Shown piece by piece: positions 27,753 to 32,000 of a stretch of 32,000 bases of DNA (its first letter is position 1; each line of letters opens with the position of its first letter). The notes below the pieces were generated by a model. It was not told the DNA's origin. It worked only from the letters and a program-made list of their open reading frames with translations, and did not search any database. The position numbers were made by a program, and so were the translations under genes. The stretch is from Trichodesmium erythraeum IMS101 (GTDB taxonomy: Bacteria > Cyanobacteriota > Cyanobacteriia > Cyanobacteriales > Microcoleaceae): positions 1,920,001 to 1,952,000 of the forward strand of contig NC_008312.1 in assembly GCF_000014265.1 (NCBI RefSeq), given 5' to 3'.

Positions 27753-29264
27753 TAGGGTTTGCTGAATAAATCTAAAAAACTTACACAATAATGTTTTTAG
27801 GTATTTTTCATCAGAAATAGTATCTAATTTTCAGCTACAATAGACCAAAACCAGGTATCTATAATGCACACAACATGTACAGAAAAGTAGGCTAACGTGA
27901 CACTCCACCAGAAAATTTTCAACTACCATTCAATGGCAAATTATCCCTAGAAAATCCTTGGGTAGTGATGGCTAGTTTAATTCCTTGGGAGAAATATGAA
28001 GATGTATATGCAATCTTTTTCTCCACCATGCATAGGAGCACCTGGATTAAACTTTAGAATAGAATTAGGGGCGTTAATTATTAAATAAAAATTAGGTATA
28101 AGGGATAGAGAAAAAGTATAACAAATTAAGTAAAATCACGATTGACAAGGGTTTATTTGTCTGAACTTTTATAACAAATAATAGAGTTTTTACGCTTCAA
28201 TGTTGGTTCATTTTATAGAAATAATAGGTACATATTTAATCAATAAAATTAATTTAGATGTAGTGAAAAATTAGAGTAAAAATCAGGAATATGATGCAAA
28301 AAAAAGAACCTTATTAGAAGATATTAAGAAGTGCAAAAATCAAGGTAAATTAATTTAAGATTGCACCTGCTATCCCAGCTATCCGACGGACTTAAATCTA
28401 TTAAATAATGGCATAATTGAAACCAAAATCATCTAAGATATTCTCTTAAAAGGCTGTTAAAATCAGTTTTAACAAAAACTCATTACTCACTGTAAAACAG
28501 GAAAAAAAAGAATATTTCAAGGTAAGCAAAAAAAGACGAATAACTCCTAAAGCTATCAGGAAAGCTATCAAAAAATAACTGAAATATGTAAGTAAAAACT
28601 TAAGTACCCAAAAGGCTGTTAATTGATAATGGTGTCCGTCATGAAAGTTTGAGTATTAGAGAATATAAAACATTGTTGGATTTCCGTAAAATTTAGCGTC
28701 AACAATAATTGATGTGGGATAACAAATAACAACGAATAAATGATACGATAGTAAGTTTAAATCAACCTGATATGCGTCCAATAGTAAGAGTAAAAAGGGG
28801 AAAAATAGAGAATTTGGAGCCAAAATATCTGCAAGTTGTATGGATAGATATATATTTTTACATAGAATAAGTTGGGAAAACTATAACGAATCTTGAGATT
28901 TAAAGGCTGAAGTTGAAGAGTGGAAAAACTACATAAGTTATTACCCAGAGTCAGTTCATGCATACCAAATTTAGCTAACATGAGAAAACCGAAAATTCTG
29001 TAAAGATAAAGGTATTAGAATCAATGTTTCATTAGGGAAGAGCACCCAAAAATTTTGATAAAGAACAGAAAAACAAGCTCAGGAGCGATGAAATATTAGG
29101 TCACCATATTGAAGGTAAATTCGGCCGGCTGCAAAAGAAGATTTAGTCATAAAAAAGTAATGGCTAAACTTTCTAAAACTTCTACAACTGCAATCACAAT
29201 TACTTTTTTGACTTTTTTTATTGAATAAAAATCAACCATTTTCAGACTTTTTCAGTAAACCCTA
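27753..29264 (+). mobile_element. IS1182/IS5-like element relic with recognisable ends and a shattered transposase
   Basis: The ends TAGGGTTTGCTGAATAAATCT (27753-) and AGACTTTTTCAGTAAACCCTAA (to 29264) are inverted repeats. Internal fragments fit the IS1182-type order: PPENFQLPFNGKLSLENPWVVMASLIPWEKYEDVYA, SLNQPDMRPIVRVKRGK, and IEGKFGRLQKK. Confidence 0.55.
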
Positions 29265-29280
29265 AATAGACATTAATATA

Positions 29281-29392
29281 AGCCAATGGGCTTAAAACCA
29301 CAAGCAGTACAGTTAATTTTCCAAATATTTATGAATTAACAGCAATTTTATATTCTAGTTGAGATAAGAGTTTTTTTAAGTTTTCTTGAGCT
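29281..29392 (-). repeat. Inverted, internally deleted copy of 27522-27712 (an IS630-derived segment)
   Basis: The reverse complement GCTCAAGAAAACTTAAAAAAACTCTTATCTCAACTAGAATATAAAATTGCTGTTAATTCATAAATATTTGGAAAATTAACTG...GCTTGTGGTTTTAAGCCCATTGGCT matches 27522-27712 apart from a roughly 70-nt deletion. Confidence 0.8.
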
Positions 29393-29398
29393 TCTTTA

Positions 29399-30690
29399 TC
29401 AGGACTTGCGCAGAGACACTATATATAGCGTATATTAAATAGAGCGATCGCTAAAAAAATCATAGCCATCCCCCAGCTTTTATTCATTAAAAACAATCCA
29501 TAAAAACTTAAACAACTGTCATTTTAATTGTCGGATATTTGAGTTCAGAGACTAGATATTTAGATGACAATTGATGTTTTAGTTGATCAATAGTTTTTCC
29601 CAAATTATTGGCAATTTTTTTCAAATGATTCCAGACCAACATAGCACAAGCAATGTGATTTTTTTGAATTTTTCCCCGACGACATTGACAAAATTCAAGT
29701 CCTGTTAACTGTTTAATTTCTCTGTGGAATTCCTCAATTTTCCACCTAGTTTGAATCTCAAACTCAACATCATCTGTACTTTGACAACTAAGGTCATTAG
29801 TAGCAATATATTCTGCTGAAGTTTGTGGAAACAGTAGCCCAGAATAATTTAACTTTTTTATCTCTAGGAAAACCTTTTATTTTAATAATCTTTCCTGATG
29901 TTAATTCCCACTCATTCCATTTTAATTCTTCCAGTTTTTGATACTTTTTTACACCCCCACTATCGTCTACTAAACCATTGCTTTTTAAAGGGCAATAGTA
30001 AATTTTACCTAAATTATCTATTAAAGCCATTAGTCTTTGGGTTGCATACCAGCTATCCATTAATACTGTTTTGACTGGTATTTTCTGATTTTCCACCATA
30101 TCAACCAACCTCAACTTCTACATTATCTATTTTACTCTTTTCATCATTTTCTGGATTATAAATACGATAATCTATTATCCAGAATCGCTCTATTTTAGGA
30201 TGAAAATATAAGCAATTAACTATTCCTATCCCACTCACTACCCCATGTTCATTTCCACTGTACTGACGGCGGACAAGTTCAATTTTTAGGGAATATTTTT
30301 TATTAATAACTGTATCATCAGGCCTTTAAATAACCATCTTCAGAATTGACAATTTCTTTCCTGACATTTTGCCACAAAATTTCTGAACCTAAATCAACAC
30401 TTTTCAAATAACGATTAATTTGATCGTGGCTAATTTTTTCCACCTTGGATCGGCAAGATTTGTTAGAGTATAATTTTTATGACTACTTATTAAATACTGA
30501 AAATATTTGATATAATCAAAGTTCATATTAAAGGTATTACAAGTAATTTATATAATATTAATCAAGCATACCAAATAATTTGGGCTCAAGCAAATTTTTA
30601 AGGTTTTTGTATTTTGCTGTTCAAGCGATCGCTAAATAGATAAATCTTTAAGGGTAAACACTATATATAGTGTCTTTGCGTAAGTCCTGA
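29399..30690 (-). mobile_element. IS4-family (IS4Sa-like) element with intact 32-bp TIRs, a 4-bp TSD and a frameshifted transposase
   Basis: The left TIR is TCAGGACTTGCGCAGAGACACTATATATAGCG. The reverse complement of the right TIR is TCAGGACTTACGCAAAGACACTATATATAGTG (29/32 match). TTTA flanks both ends (29395-29398 and 30691-30694). The minus-strand transposase motifs (VLMDSWYA, RWKIEEFHREIKQLTGLEFCQCR) are spread over at least three frames. Confidence 0.8.
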
Positions 30691-31430
30691 TTTACTTTTT
30701 CACAAAATTTGTCTATGCAAGCTATCACAACATCACTATTTATACTACAGCTAAAAGTGTAAGCCTCTAGCTCATTAGATTTACTAAGAAATCCTCAAAC
30801 ATTTAGTCTTTTACTTTGTTGACTTTTGATTTCTATTTTTTGATTTGTTTCTTGCCAAGCATAAGGAATATAGGGAATTAAACAAAACCCACTTTCATCT
30901 AAATACCTAATTTCTATTTCTCCTTTTTCCTCTTGCCTTTTCAATTGTTCTAGCTTCTCAACTTTCCTCTCGTAAAAACCGGGGATAGGTTCACCGCCTA
31001 CTCTTCTTTTTATTCTGTACCATCCCATTTTTCCTAATTTTATTACTCTTTTAATTGTTTTTTTACTGACTTTAATTTTCCATTGCTTTGGGATTTTTTC
31101 TGGGACTTTTTCAAGACTTTTAGGAGTTGCTTTTACCCAGTCCTTTATCTGTTGTTCTTGTACTGAATTAAAGGTCTTTTTTCTGCCACGACCAGGCTGG
31201 TTATATAGTCCTACCAAGTTTGATGATTCCCATGAATTCAACCAATTATAAATTGTGTTACGACTTACTTTAAATATTTTCATCAATTCCAATATCTTAT
31301 ATCCCTTCCAGCTTAGTTGAATACAATGTGCTCTCTGTCTTACTTGATAATATTTGCTCTGGAAGTGTAAATTCTGTCTAACATTTTCGACGTTTCTCTT
31401 GTTAACCCCTTAATATGTCTCATTCTCACT
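30691..31430 (-). pseudogene. IS630-family transposase relic, 5' two-thirds, interrupted by the IS4-like insertion
   Basis: Track ORF 30795..31292(-) carries the HTH (SRNTIYNWLNSWE) and IRYLDESGFCL (DDE). Upstream, MRHIKGLTRETSKML (from 31430) is in another frame. An in-frame TGA at 30795-30797 is followed by GFLSKSNELEAYTFSCSINSDVVIACIDKFCEKV, running up to the IS4 TIR. Confidence 0.7.
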
Positions 31431-31440
31431 TTATGTTTCC

Positions 31441-31560
31441 TGATTGTTTTCCAGGGAGATTAGCAAACTGGCTGCCACTTCGCCCTCTGGCTGGGGGTGC
31501 TGTGCCATCGGCTGAAAGCCAAGTACGAAGATAATGGCACTTGTGCGATCGCTAACTTTT
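31441..31560. other. GC-rich ORF-free island between two IS630 relics
   Basis: I counted about 65% GC over 31469-31528, against a ~30% background. It contains a 7-bp stem GTGCCAT (31502-31508) / ATGGCAC (31534-31540) and a HIP1 site. No convincing ORF and no recognised RNA family. Confidence 0.3.
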
Positions 31561-31624
31561 TCCCTCTGGACATTATTATCTAATACTTTTGTTAAAAATA
31601 TACAATTAATTTTGTCTAATCACT

Positions 31625-32000
31625 TATAGATGGTCATCTCGCCCAAAATTGGAAGCAACTAAGGTAAAGCGTCGTCGAATAAAATTAGATTGGAAAGAAT
31701 TAGAAAAAGATGTAAAACCAAATCTAGAGTTTAAATTGGCATACAAAGCTAAAAAAAATTGGAGTTAATCAACCAGCTATATTTTATGCTTTTAAAAGAA
31801 TGAATTTTCCTTGAAAAAAAACAACTTCGTTATAGGGAAAGAAATAGAGAATAAAGAATAAAATATTATTAGAAACTACGAAATTTAATTCAAAAAATTG
31901 GAAATAAAAGCGTTGTATTTATTGATGTATCAGGATTTTAATACAATTGAGACTGTATTTATGCCTGGTCAAAAAAAGGGAAAAAATTTATGGTGAGCAA
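31625..32000 (+). pseudogene. Truncated IS630 relic, an inverted homologue of 22190-22569
   Basis: TATAGATGGTCATCTCGCCCAAAATTGGAAGCAACTAAGGTAAAGCGTCGTCG... is the reverse complement of 22569 downwards at about 90% identity. It lacks the first ~35 codons and runs off the right window edge. Confidence 0.8.

Noticed and set aside
28757-28981. 74-aa minus-strand ORF
   Set aside because: It is antisense within the IS1182-like relic and has no motif.
31502-31560. Group II intron pieces: GUGCG at 31543-31547 as a 5' splice consensus, and a domain V-like hairpin at 31502-31540
   Set aside because: The GTGCG is just the left half of a HIP1 site (GTGCGATCGC). On recount the inner stem is only 3 bp (GGC-UGAAA-GCC) and lacks the domain V bulge architecture. 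No reverse transcriptase or maturase ORF is nearby.
1-32000. tRNA, rRNA, tmRNA, RNase P RNA and SRP RNA genes
   Set aside because: I scanned by eye for T-loop boxes (GTTCGAATC and GTTCAAATC types) and for the conserved cores of RNase P, SRP and tmRNA, and found none. Visual scanning is weak evidence, so tRNAscan-SE and cmscan should confirm this.

Overview
AT-rich (about 30% GC by eye) cyanobacterial chromosomal DNA. Eight perfect HIP1 octamers (GCGATCGC at 4879, 7216, 14864, 19604, 21709, 29444, 30625, 31545) support that assignment. The very low coding density, heptamer-type short tandem repeats and heavy IS decay resemble a Trichodesmium-like filamentous genome; that is inference only, since I ran no search. 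Only ten ORFs look intact, about 9.1 kb or 29% of the window: an edge-truncated coiled-coil protein on the minus strand (1-1656, missing from the supplied ORF track), two J-domain proteins, a VWA/MIDAS protein, the clpR-clpP3 pair, a TPR + FkbM-type methyltransferase, a CaCA (YrbG-like) Ca2+/Na+ antiporter, and ychF followed by a DUF360/holin-family membrane protein. About 10 kb is transposon debris: an IS701-like element with TIRs and a TSD but a frameshifted transposase, an IS5-like relic, five or six IS630-like relics, an IS1182-like relic, and an IS4-like element nested inside an IS630 relic. The remaining ~40% is ORF-free, including 1.1-2.9 kb deserts. I found no rRNA, tRNA, CRISPR array, or recognisable multi-gene defence or biosynthetic system. 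The most notable signal is a repeated pattern of tandem duplications of 72-384 bp, at 85-99% identity by eye, sitting next to genes. Two of them have copied the start codon and created decoy uORFs. Several units also carry extended -10-like TATGGTAAAAT boxes, which suggests repeat-borne orphan promoters or ncRNAs. Secondary signals are a small hairpin repeat family, a 215-bp IR-bounded MITE-like element, two GC-rich islands in ORF-free DNA, and inverted IS copies that could drive rearrangement. All homology calls come from motif recognition by eye and none was confirmed by a database search.
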